64,000 nt of DNA from Convolutriloba macropyga. Lineage: Eukaryota. This document shows, piece after piece, positions 49,701-58,000 of the stretch; position 1 is the first letter of the stretch; every line of letters starts with the position of its first letter. Location of the stretch: NCBI RefSeq assembly GCF_964194025.1, contig NC_134472.1, positions 57,474,001-57,538,000 of the forward strand, read 5' to 3'. The notes beneath the pieces are model-generated. The model had not been told where the DNA came from. It searched no databases and saw only the letters and a program-made list of their open reading frames with translations. The translations under genes and the position numbers were made by a program.

Positions 49701-51673
49701 GTTGCGAGAACACGGAACATTTAATTGCCACCTGAGACTCAAACTAATAGAAATTGATATTTTACAGCGCCATAGGACAATTTTTGGTACTCAACTCCAC
49801 TCTATTTACGCGGCATATAGCTGATATAAATCCCAGATGTTAAGATGTAAAACGTCAATCATGTCAAGAGGGCACCCATTCAGAAAACTGGACACAATAA
49901 TATAGGCGTGATTGATCAAGCGTTGCTTAAGCTGAGAGATAGTCACCGAATAATCGTGGACAGTTAATTTTTACTGAGAATATCATGCTGATGAAAGAGC
50001 ATTGATTAAAATCACCTAATTCTCATTAGTATTGACCTCATTCCCTTAAAAAGTAGTTAATCAATTTTTTAACACGAATGACCAAGTTTTAGCCAGGACA
50101 GACTTCGAGGGTATTGGTGTGATTGACAATTACTTACATTTGACCGACAACTGGGGTCAGCTCCCTTGTCCAATAGGAAGGCGCACATTTCAGGCAGGTT
50201 CTTTCTAGCAGCCAAATGGAGAGACGTGAGGCCACCCTGCAAAAGGCATCACAGATCACACCCTTATTATTACAGAAAACTTAATTAAAAAGCGTCACAA
50301 AACCAACCAACCAACTCATTACGACACACACAGTTTGAAGTAGAAGCTCGTTGGTGAGGACAATAAAGTTAACTTGAAAGATACAGAAGAAAGAACTGCT
50401 TATTTCCTCGTCATTTTCAAGCAGCCGTACTTTATTACAAATTGAACTTTTCGTTCGAGAATGGTGCACTTCATCAATTCACATTAACAATAGTTTGTGA
50501 CAAATGATAGGTTTGAGATAAACAACAGCTTTCCAAAAACAACACTTTTGATATTGACGAAATAAACAGTTCCTGATAATATGCATAATAGTTTTAATTT
50601 ATCTGCCTCTTTTGAACGTGATTAGGAAAAAGATCATTAACCAGACAGAAGGCATAACGATAGAACCCAATCAAATTCATCAATATGACCCAACAGAAAT
50701 TTGAAACAGCTTTCACTTATAACTCATTTATATTTATATATTCCTCAACAGACCTAAAAGATATTCAAAGGAGGCTTTAATCAGGTCAGATATAATTCAT
50801 ATTTTATAATTATTAGCAATACTGATGATACAAAGTGCTCCTAACTGAAGACATTGAACTGGGATAGTTCTACCTGCAGTTAAGAAACACTAGGCAAACA
50901 GTTTGCGAGGTGCAAAGAAAGATTTCATAACTTAAATTGTGAAAATGTCGATAACAACAGCTGCAGTTTATAACAACCATATGTTTCACTGCCAATTCAG
51001 TTTTGTAAGCTGTTTAATCAGTTCAACCGGATTTATTTCTTTAAAAATTACCGTTGATTAAATAGTTGAAACTTTTGTGCGACATTACCTTTGCGGCCTG
51101 TAAATAACACCAACTCAAAACACCTTCTGACGTTATATGAAAAGACCCAAGTCACATTTTTTCGTTAAATACCTCTTCACGAGAACGTTTTTCCGAACTC
51201 ATTTATAAAGCATAATATAATAGTGTTGTAATAGGAAAAGGTGGTATATTATATGTCGGTCACTTCATGAAAGGAAAACACGGAAAAGATTTTTTTATCT
51301 AAGCGAATAACGAAGAGCAATTGTCCAGAATTTGAGACAAAACAATATGGGAGACAAAATAAAACCGAGTTCTTAGTAAATTGTGTCGCCTGAACACGCA
51401 TTCTAGGTAAGGTTTTATCTGCTTGCGTTTCGCATATGAAAATTGATTAAAACCAATCTCAAGTTTCGTATTTTGTTATTGCTACATATGTTCTCAAGTT
51501 AGAAATGTCATTTGTTTGTGATGTGTCTGCAAGAATGGAGCTTGTAGGAGTGCACTTACACTGTTGGCCAAGTTGACGTGGATTCCATTCTCCGGATTGG
51601 CCAATAGTTCCTCCACTCTGTCAATGTTGCCAGACTGTGCTGCTCTCAACAATTGATGAGCCGGGTCTTGGTT
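1..51673 (-). CDS. Ank: Ankyrin (24 ANK repeats + linker + ZU5), multi-exon gene span; 5' ATG exon not found, 3' end beyond window
   Basis: 17 exons joined by GT-AG introns with consistent phases give one open frame. The repeats follow canonical ankyrin order (e.g. [55 protein letters not shown]) and are followed by PET..DDIEEDD and a ZU5 start ([21 protein letters not shown]). Confidence 0.95.
384..608 (-). CDS. Ank: Ankyrin exon, ZU5-A domain
   Basis: [40 protein letters not shown]...[19 protein letters not shown] aligns with ankyrin ZU5 (FLVSFMVDARGG.MRG.RH.GLRIIIPP); ttttcag / gtaaat. Confidence 0.93.
736..780 (-). CDS. Ank: Candidate 45-nt cassette exon of ankyrin ([14 protein letters not shown])
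   Basis: Strong acceptor tttctttcctttggttacag, donor gtaggg; phase 2-2, stop-free and frame-preserving. Confidence 0.5.
1441..1771 (-). mobile_element. Diverged family B element
   Basis: aaaacataacc..attgctctcaa ... aattgctacaaatttggtttgagagcaat. Confidence 0.6.
2006..2125 (-). CDS. Ank: Ankyrin linker exon ([40 protein letters not shown])
   Basis: gttctag / gtaggt; 120 nt, phase 2-2; its last codon supplies the Gly of GFFVSF. Confidence 0.75.
2918..3015 (-). CDS. Ank: Ankyrin linker exon ([32 protein letters not shown])
   Basis: ctttcag / gttagt; phase 0-2 is compatible with its neighbours. Confidence 0.72.
3511..4443 (-). mobile_element. HINE/Helentron-like non-autonomous element, family A
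   Basis: Left end on +: aaacacagcc, degenerate hairpin, agccgccgttg. Right end: taatagccg...cggcggcta. Internal caggacaagtcctg hairpin end at ~3800. Confidence 0.7.
5210..5697 (-). mobile_element. HINE-like element, family A (short)
   Basis: aaacatagccggcaaattgcagg-aatagccgcc ... taatagccg..ggcggctatt; an extra 5'-end copy follows at ~5735-5808. Confidence 0.7.
6040..7941 (-). mobile_element. HINE-like element, family B (long, with central repeats and G-runs)
   Basis: aaacataacc end; perfect 14-bp subTIR aattgctctcaaac (6065-6078) / gtttgagagcaatt (7928-7941); terminal palindrome aattgct..agcaatt; recurring aaaccctagaggaggtt-like units. Confidence 0.75.
8005..8132 (-). CDS. Ank: Ankyrin linker exon ([42 protein letters not shown])
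   Basis: tgtttag / gttagt; open frame; phase 1-0 bridges the neighbouring exons; no motif-level homology recognised. Confidence 0.7.
9819..10210 (-). mobile_element. HINE-like element, family B (short)
   Basis: aattgctctcaaacg ... cgcttgagagcaatt termini. Confidence 0.7.
10906..12813 (-). mobile_element. HINE-like element, family A variant with ~170-bp diverged central tandem repeats
   Basis: ccggcagattaccgg hairpin end, internal caggacaagtcctg end at ~11380, about six diverged units at 11430-12360, degenerate 5' hairpin at ~12785-12813. Confidence 0.55.
14808..17361 (-). mobile_element. Composite HINE-like element (family A) nested in an older related element (~13080-17660)
   Basis: Intact termini; internal 3'-type ends at ~15297 and ~15815; the empty-site paralog is at 42738-42757. 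Confidence 0.75.
17927..18008 (-). CDS. Ank: Ankyrin linker exon ([27 protein letters not shown])
   Basis: ttttag / gtaagt; resembles the conserved PETM..E..D.SDEEG segment after the repeats; phase 0-1. Confidence 0.85.
20249..20675 (-). mobile_element. Diverged family B element
   Basis: ccgacaaacgtcgg hairpin, G-rich interior, atcccgtttttgaggac core. Confidence 0.6.
21680..22990 (-). mobile_element. Diverged composite HINE-like element, family A
   Basis: Homologous to 40620-41080 and to other family A modules; degenerate termini. Confidence 0.55.
23669..24582 (-). mobile_element. HINE-like element, family A (young, near-reference copy)
   Basis: Stem-loop ccggca-gat-tgccgg at 23678-23692; subTIR aatagccgcc (23695-23704) / ggcggctatt (24573-24582); 5' palindrome taatagcc...ggctatta; near-identical to the copies at 14808 and 30919. 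Confidence 0.8.
25894..26153 (-). CDS. Ank: Ankyrin exon, ANK repeats 22-24
   Basis: NMDVVKYLL...[12 protein letters not shown]...[24 protein letters not shown]; tgtttag acceptor. The gtgggt donor gives phase 0; an alternative gtatcc donor 4 nt further is possible. Confidence 0.88.
28364..28586 (-). mobile_element. HINE-like element, family B (minimal ~220 bp)
   Basis: aaacataa-ccgac(tgaa)gtcgg hairpin, subTIR, ttatcccgttt core, tttgagagcaatt end. Confidence 0.72.
28718..28751. repeat. (AG)n microsatellite
   Basis: Direct reading. Confidence 0.95.
28820..30414 (-). mobile_element. HINE-like element, family B (long copy, one end lost)
   Basis: Colinear with 6140-7941, including the G-rich block and terminal palindrome. 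Confidence 0.7.
30919..32777 (-). mobile_element. HINE-like element, family A, with three tandem internal modules
   Basis: Same termini as the 23669 copy; the module aaacatagcaggac...gaacaga recurs at ~31411, ~31771 and ~32129. Confidence 0.8.
34544..34682 (-). CDS. Ank: Ankyrin exon, ANK repeats 21-22 (not in ORF track)
   Basis: [46 protein letters not shown]; ttttgtag / gtgagt; phase 0-1. Confidence 0.92.
34998..35455 (-). CDS. Ank: Ankyrin exon, ANK repeats 16-20
   Basis: HPAVVEYLL...[10 protein letters not shown]...[11 protein letters not shown]...PLHLAARE...ATA; ctcag / gttagt; phase 1-0. Confidence 0.95.
35747..39530 (-). mobile_element. Full-length CRE-like (RLE-type) non-LTR retrotransposon in an ankyrin intron, co-oriented with the host
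   Basis: Single intact ORF; A13 tail on the minus strand at 35747-35759; ~360-nt 3' UTR; 5' end approximate; no TSD found. Confidence 0.85.
36121..39249 (-). CDS. Retrotransposon polyprotein: N-terminal chromo-barrel/Tudor-like motif, reverse transcriptase, CCHC finger, restriction-like endonuclease
   Basis: RT motifs [35 protein letters not shown] and YLDD (37570-37581); CPYC..DHALSC, RHD and RPGD..ALDVTI form the RLE signature. The motif style matches the CRE clade. Confidence 0.93.
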   Translation of the reverse strand: MLTVMKTRESKKVSLAETNNTTELSQGAKQCNLSSGLTQQMNNLIIDDNTSRFQVPPKTTLFYPDKKDKLYQISVIEHHLGKTKIRYDQWGPNFDEMVCSKSIWAYSQFTPLLSKVKKIPRDLAKRIDEIVQSASSPNLATTDINLNELPDLETISSKHIPTLRFIPVKFRVRWSELLTSVIDACISHAQSLENWKKLFAISKCVLRASNRGGKKHKQQQEKQLLSRLERWKSGDYAALWYEAASMKQSNKTSNESIDALASRAKSLCLQGQFGRAAKVLSSDGVAPDNAATLNELKKLHPKEKQPDHQFDQDANTNAYQFDEASVFFQIESFSKFTAAGPSKMYPEHLLHAVNCGAPDQSKRAITSLTKFVNLASRGQLPEFVAPILCSATITALKKLKGGVRPIAVGEVIRRLIAKCIAREANSDAADLFNTKQLGVAVKGGAEGIVHATRVSFEKLQRSKNSGILQIDFKNAFNSVKRSKVLEAVAKFLPSVAPFATFCYSQHSHLHFNNTYLSSQSGVQQGDPLGPLLFSLALWPIIKEIETKLPNLVQHNWYLDDGILAGTHQQLCTALNLLTNLGEGCGLELRIEKCELWSPVDLNAIDNRVKRNSKEGLEILGAAIGNPSFVAASLRKRVNKIEKLLDNLAYLDDPHCALGILRSCLGAPKMVYSLRCNTPSDESSVILQDFDKLQRTTFENMLGTLISDNAWKQACLPISKTGVGIRQAIDQLKAAFVGSVSQADALVEQITGEKITDNQIFKETVEELKNLEISQYTQHKIQEALDDAAFSDLLGNQTSNREKARLLSLTLPQSGAWLSAPPIPSLGLHLQPNEFRAALKYRIGVPLYIEERKCPYCQNGRLDKLGDHALSCHGRGDMISRHDRVRDRIFAACSTANLSPVCEQKNLIPDNNSRPGDIYLPSWSAGQPSALDVTITSPLQPSLISDAARRCGFALTNAEDRKYEQYAQKCAEIGIQFVPLAFESFGGFSDLVRKTLKRIALLADNRNFQPAGLSVAYNRLSQGVSVTLMRGSATMLIARDPLL
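39699..39860 (-). CDS. Ank: Ankyrin exon, ANK repeats 14-16
   Basis: [22 protein letters not shown]...[11 protein letters not shown]; ttttag / gttagt; phase 1-1. Confidence 0.92.
40086..40212 (-). CDS. Ank: Ankyrin exon, ANK repeats 13-14
   Basis: [42 protein letters not shown]; ttttcag acceptor, weaker gttttg donor; the phase-1 end matches the next exon. Confidence 0.88.
40367..40516 (-). CDS. Ank: Ankyrin exon, ANK repeat 12 and first half of 13
   Basis: [15 protein letters not shown]...[17 protein letters not shown]; tgtttag / gtaagt; 150 nt. Confidence 0.92.
40620..43077 (-). mobile_element. Composite HINE-like element, family A variant
   Basis: aaacatagctgacagattgccag end, internal ccggaagaattccgg end at ~41085, 5' palindrome taatagcc..ggctatta at ~43047-43078; internal ~138-bp duplication at 42305-42580. 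Confidence 0.65.
43377..43574 (-). CDS. Ank: Ankyrin exon, ANK repeats 10-11
   Basis: [12 protein letters not shown]...[12 protein letters not shown]...AKAL; gttcag / gtaaga; 198 nt. Confidence 0.95.
43866..44351 (-). CDS. Ank: Ankyrin exon, ANK repeats 5-9
   Basis: [12 protein letters not shown]...LPALHVA...[14 protein letters not shown]...KTK; tttttag / gtaaat; 486 nt. Confidence 0.95.
45138..45251. repeat. 16-bp minisatellite (GGGGGCATAACGTACT) x6
   Basis: Direct reading; the first two units have longer G-runs. Confidence 0.9.
45255..45505. repeat. Degenerate (ATCT/ATCTA)n low-complexity repeat
   Basis: Direct reading. Confidence 0.85.
46312..46463. repeat. Perfect 76-bp tandem duplication
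   Basis: ttaatcaactacgagag...gcgctttgtcta occurs twice. Confidence 0.92.
46943..48374 (-). mobile_element. Truncated composite HINE-like element, family A
   Basis: Matches the 15150-17361 modules; internal hairpin ends at ~47086 and ~47340; intact ggcggctatt end. Confidence 0.7.
49433..49630 (-). CDS. Ank: Ankyrin exon, ANK repeats 3-4
   Basis: [14 protein letters not shown]...[21 protein letters not shown]...TTE; tttcag / gtaagc; 198 nt. Confidence 0.95.
50138..50236 (-). CDS. Ank: Ankyrin exon, ANK repeat 2 ([33 protein letters not shown])
   Basis: ttttgcag acceptor, gtaagt donor, 99 nt = one repeat. Confidence 0.92.
51560..51673 (-). CDS. Ank: Ankyrin exon, ANK repeat 1 ([38 protein letters not shown])
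   Basis: tttag acceptor, gtaagt donor, 114 nt, phase 0-0; resembles the first repeat of ankyrins (FLRAARAGNLDKV). Confidence 0.9.
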
Positions 51674-52029
51674 CTAAAGACAGGATATTTAAAATCATTT
51701 TGAGGACGAGAATTGATACTTGTGACCTTCTTACGAGTTAAAAATAGCCCTTAGCCTCCATACGTATAAACACTCAGTTACAACACGCCAATTTTCTCTT
51801 ATACATCCATTGCTACAGAGGTAACAATGGCCGAGTACTGCTTAAGCTAATATCGGAGGAATTCTTCTTCAGCATGAGAGTCGCGAAGCCAGATTGCAGT
51901 CTGCAAAAGACAAGGGGCTCTACATTATGCACAACAATTACAGATGCAATTTACTAGCACAATTTAAATAGTCAAATCAGGCTAAATGAGCACAAACCAT
52001 GCTCTCCGTTTCATTTGAGACTGCACAAA

Positions 52030-55000
52030 AGCTTGCAAGCTAGATCACACTTTTCGAGCTTTTGAAAAAGTACAGTGCGTTTTGCTCAAAATTTTACACA
52101 TATATTCAGATTTTTCAAAAACTGAATTCAAAAGCGCGCGGAAAATTCAGCAAAAGGCAGCGAATTTCATGGGCGAACCATTGGACGCCTTCATGCAAGT
52201 TTCCTGGAAAATTACAACTTAAGCGTTCTCTTTTGAAAAACCAAAGCTCAAGAAGACCAAACACCAAGGAGCTCAGCTCCTATTCTCTAAACTATTATTG
52301 CCTTGAGCTTCTCAGAACTATAGGCTGACGCAAACTTGGTACCATAATACATTAGCCAGCCAGCTCACTCCTCATCGCAGTCTCTAAACTATATTAAAAA
52401 CAAATTGCTTTATTTGAAATGTTCTCTTCTCTGCTAGTTCTATTGCTTCATTTGAAATTTAGTACGAAACTTCAGAATTTATCAAATTTAGCAAATTGAT
52501 GTCTTGGAATAAGACTACCTGTCAAATCAAACTGATGTCTTGGATTAGGACTACTTGTCAAGCCAAATAGCGGGGTCACTCGGTTTGCTAGCGAGCTTCA
52601 GATAACGTTTGGTGAGCTTCTATTGGCCACCAGCGAGGTTCAAAGTGAAAAAAATTTGGTGCGCTTTTTAATCGACTTTTAAAAGGCAACTTCCGAAAAT
52701 GAGTTCAGCTGTTTAAATATCAAAAGAAGAGAGCGAGCCACGCCTTACATCACGCAAGGAGCAAGTGAAACGCAATGCAAAGTCACCCAGAAAGTCTACA
52801 CGGTCAATCAAAGAATTCAAAAACAAGATGACACGAGTACAGTTATTGCCTGAAACTTTGTTTAAAAATAATTTATAAAAAGGATTGACTGTCTTTACAG
52901 AAAATGCTGTTGGAGCAAAATTGCGGAAAACTTTCGGAAAAACACAGCTAAATTCTTGGGAAAACCATTAGACGTATTATTGCAACCTTCATGGAAAAAT
53001 TCTTTGAAGCCCAATTACAACCTTCTCTTTTGAAAAACCAGAGCTCAAGAAGACCTAAAAACCAGGGAGATCGGCTCCTATTCTCTGACCCCTTATTGCC
53101 TTAGGCTTCTCAAAATTAAATTCAAACGTAAATTTGGTACCGTAGTACATTAGCACGACTTCTCAATCCGTCGCAGTGAAGGAAACCTTCAAACAGATTA
53201 TTATACTTATCACTAACTGCTTTACTGGAATTGTTTCTTCTTGTGAATCTTCTTTGATAGTTCTATTGCTTCATAGAAAACAACACCGAGCCATCTCGAA
53301 TGAATTGCTCCACTCTCGAACCAACTGATGTTGACTCAATTCCATTGTAACCTGTTTGACCATGCCGCTAGTAGAGCTAACATTTTCTAAGAGCTAACAA
53401 TGACCACTAGGATTCAACTGAAAAAAATTTTGGCAAGCTTTTTAATTGACATTTAGTAGGAAACTTTGACAAATGAGTTCAGTTGTTGAAATATATGCAG
53501 AAGAGAGCGAGCGAGTTGGATCACGCAAAGAGCAAAGGAAACGCAATTGCCGCTTGATCTAGCTGCGGTTCTCCGATTTCAGCATGGACAGCAAATGAAA
53601 GCATTAGAAATCCTGAATGATCAAACGAACAAGTCGAGAAAAGAAACCATATTCGGTTTTATTTTAGTTTGCGTTCTCGCACATGCGCTTTACCGCCAAC
53701 AACCGTACTTCTGAACAACTCGCTGTGTTTAGATCACTCAAATTCACGAATTAAAAGTCTCCAAAAGATAAAGTCAAACCAAAAATACAGTGACAACAAG
53801 CATGCAATCATCAAACTCCCATAGAGAGCAAATCATCGACTCACTTTTCCAGGCAAACATCACATTGATCATCTCTTATTATTCGGACTTAACTTGAGAT
53901 GAGAATCACTATCGTAGCAAAGAGCATCAAACGTCGAAAAAATCAAAAGCAGCTTCAATAACAATGAAATATGCAGTAAAGCTGCACAGCCATACAGCAT
54001 TTTAACGTAGGGTACACTACGTGCATAGATCTCATCCAGCTTTCTGATCACGTCAAAGTCAATTTCGATTCCGAGCTCACTTTAATGAATTTCCTAAACA
54101 CGTGCAACTCTTCCAGTGAGATTTTGTAATTGTTAGTACTTTCGCTATAGCCATATCATGTGCTTATTTGTTATCTATAATTAAAATTTTGAAGTTTTTC
54201 GGCTCCACGTTAACACAGGCAGAGTCTTTTTAAGGGATAATAGAAGATTGTTCACACCTAAATCTAATTTAACAAATTAATGTCTTGGAATAATTTCTTA
54301 GAACTGGTGATTAGGACTACCTGTCAATTCAAATAGCGGGGTCACTAGGTTTTCTAGCGAGTTTCAAATAATGTTTGGTGAGCTTCGATTCGCCAACAGC
54401 GAGATTCAAAGTAAAAAAAAATCGGTGCGCTTGAATTTGACTTTTGGTAGGAAATTTCCGAAAATGAGTTCAGCTTTTTAAATATCTGCAGAAGAGCGAG
54501 CAAGTTAGATTACGTAAAGAGCCAGAGAAACGTAATGCAAAGCCACTCGGAAACTCTACATGGTCAGGCAAGGAATTTGAAAATAAAATGACACGATAAA
54601 AGCAATTGCATGAAATTTCCTTTGAAATTATTTTAGAAAAAAGATTGCCTTCCCAGAATTTGCTCTCTAAGACAAAATGCGGAAAATGTGCAAAATCGGC
54701 AATCTTAATGGGAAAACTATTAGACGCCTTTAAGCAAGCTTGCTGGAAAAATTATTACAAGCCCAATTACAACTTGACTTTCTTTTGAAAAACAACAGCT
54801 CAAGTCAACCTAAAACCAGGGAGCTCAGCACCTATTCTCTGAACTCTCATTGTGTTAGGCTTCTCAGAATTAAATTATAATGCAAACTTGGTACCATCGA
54901 ACAAAAGCACGCCAGCTCACTCCCTGGCAGTGAACGCAACTTTCTACCAGACTTCTATATTTATAACCAATTGCTTTATTGGAATTGTTTCACCTCCGCT

Positions 55001-58000
55001 AGTTCTATTGCCTGATAATTTAACATGACCCAAAAATTTTGCAAGAAATGTTCCGCTGCTGAACTACTGATGTGGACTCGATTACATTGTTGCCTGCTTG
55101 ATCATGACATTAGTAGCGGAACAGCACGTTTTCTAAGGAGCTTCAAAAGATGTTTATGAAATTGTGCATGTTTTGCTTAAATTCTCACACATGTATTCAA
55201 ATTCTTCAGAAACCGAGTTCAAGAGTGCTAAAAAATCAGTAAAATACAGCAAATTTTCTGGTGAACTTTTAGACGCCTGCAAGCTTCATTTTTTCAAAAA
55301 CTTAGTTCAAAAAGGCTGTAAAAAATCAGCAAAACACAGCAAATTTCCCGGGGAAACCATTAGACGCCTTCATGCAAGCTTCCGGGATAATTTTTGGGAA
55401 GCCCAATAACTTCAAAATTTCTCTTTTGAAAAAAACCAAAGCTCAAGAAGATCTCAGAACCAGGGATGTCAGCTCCACTTCTGTGAACTCTTATTGCCTT
55501 CTCAAAACTATAGATTGACACAGACTTGATACTATAATACATTAACACGACAGCTCAATCTCCATCGCTGTAAAAAGCAGAACATTCCATCAGTATTCTA
55601 GGTTTGAAACTGACTGCTTTATTGTTAATTTTTCTCTGCTAATTCTATTGCTTCACAAGTAAACATTACCCACATGTCGCATGAATTGCTCCATTTTTGA
55701 ACCACTGAAGTGGACTCCATTCCATTGCAGCCTGGTTGACCATGGCACTAGTAGCGGGGACAATAGTTTTTTAAGGGCCTTCAAATCATGGTGAGCAAAC
55801 AATGACCACTCGAAGGATTTAACTGAAAAAAAATTGCAAGCTTTTCAAATTTAGTAGGAAACTTCCGACAAATGAGTTCAGCTGTTTAAATATCTGCAGA
55901 AGAGAGGGAGCCACTAAGATCACGCAAGGAGCGAGTGAAACGCAATGCAAAGTCACCCAGAAAGTCTACAACGTCAATCAAAGATTTCGGAATTAAAATG
56001 ATAAGAGTATAGTTATTGCCTGAAATTTTATTTAAAAATAATTTATAAAAAGGATTAACTCATGTCTCGCAGAAAATGCTGTTAGAGCAAAAGTGCGGAA
56101 AAAATTGGGCAAACTACAGCTAAATTCCTGGGAAAACAATCAGACGTATTATTGCAAACTTCCTGGAAAATTTCTCGGGAGCCCAATTACAAATTTCACT
56201 TTTGAAAAACCAAAACTCAAGAGGACCAAAACACCAGAGAGCTCGGCTCCTATTCCCTAACTGTTGTTGCCATATTCTGCTGAGAACTATATGTTAACGC
56301 ATACTAGGTACCATAATACGTAATCACGCCAGCTCACTCCCCATCACCGGAAAACGCAGAAATTTCTCCAGGCTTTTATATTTATATCCTTTATTGGAAA
56401 TATTTCATCTCTGTTTTCTTTGCTTCAAAAATAAGCATTACTGACACATGCCGATTAAAACTCTCCGCTGTCGAACAATGGACCTGGACTTGATTACACT
56501 GTCACCTGCTGAACCATGGAGCAAATCGATGGCACAATAGATTTTCTAAGGGGCTTCAAACCATTTTGTAGTATAATTTCGCCAATTGAGATCAGCTGCT
56601 TTAAATATAAACAAAGGATAGATCACGATAAAGCAGGAGAAACGTACAAAGTCAATCTGAAACTCTACACGATCAGATGCGCTTTATCGCCAATAACCGT
56701 ACGTTGTAATTACTCGCTCTGTTTAAATCACTCAAATTCATGTATAAACAGTCTCCAAAAGATGAAGTCACCAAAATTTCGTAACAGACATCCAGCCTAG
56801 TAACAAATTTCGATAGAGAGCAATTCATCGACACACTTGTTTAGGGAAAAATCACTTTGAGCATCTCTTATTAATCGGACCCAACTTGACATGAGAATCA
56901 CTATCGTAGCAAAGAGCAAACAACTTTAAAACCAAAAGCAGCGTCAATTACAATTAAATACGCAGTTAAGCTGCACAGCCCTACAGAATTGTAGCGTAGG
57001 GTACACTGCGTGTATAGATTCCACACAACTTTCTAATCACGTCAATTTCGATTCCGAGCTCATTTTCACCAACACGTCCAAAACTTCCAGTGAGATTTTG
57101 TAATTGTTAGCACGTTCGCTATAGCCACATCATGTGCCTATTTTCTATCCATTGTGGAATTTTGAGGTTTTTGTGGGTCCACTGCAGCACAGGCAAAATC
57201 TATTTAGGTGATAACAGAAGATTGTTCACATTTAAATCTAATTTAGCAAACTGATGTCTTCGAATAACTTTTTAGAACCCGGAATTTAGACTAGGTCACT
57301 AGGTTTTCTAGCGAGTTTCAAATAATGGTTGGTGAGCTTCGATTCGCCAACAGCAAGATTCAAAGTGAAAAAAATCGGTGCGCTTTATTTGACTTTAAGT
57401 AGGAAACTTCCGAAAAATGAGTTCAGCTGTTGAAATATCTTAAGAGCGAGCGAGTTAGATCACGCAAAGAGCAAGGGAAACGCAATGCAAAGTCACTCGG
57501 AAAGTCTACACGGTCAGGCGAACATTTAAAACTTTAATGGCACAACTACATTTATTGCCTGCAACTTGTTCACAGAAGTAACTTAAGAATTGATTGATTT
57601 ATATCTTTGGATCATGTGTTCTCTGATCAAAATTGAGATGCAAAGGCAGATTGCAGCTTGCTCTAGCTTAGGATCTCCGATTTCACAACGGACAGCAAAC
57701 GAAAGCATTAAAAATCCTTAATGATCACACGATTTACTTGAGTAAAAAACTATATTCGGTTTTATTTTAAGTTTGGATTCTGGCACATGCGCTTTAATTT
57801 TTAACTTGCTCTGTTTATATCACTCAAATTCAAGAATTTAAAGTCTCCAAAAGATAAAGTGAAAACAAAAATACACTGACAAACATCCAGTCAGGCAACA
57901 AATTTCGATAGAGAGCATTTCATCGACTCACTTTTTTCAGGCAAAAATGACATAAAAAGCGAGAAACGTCAAAAAATCCAAAGCAAATTCAATTTTAAAA

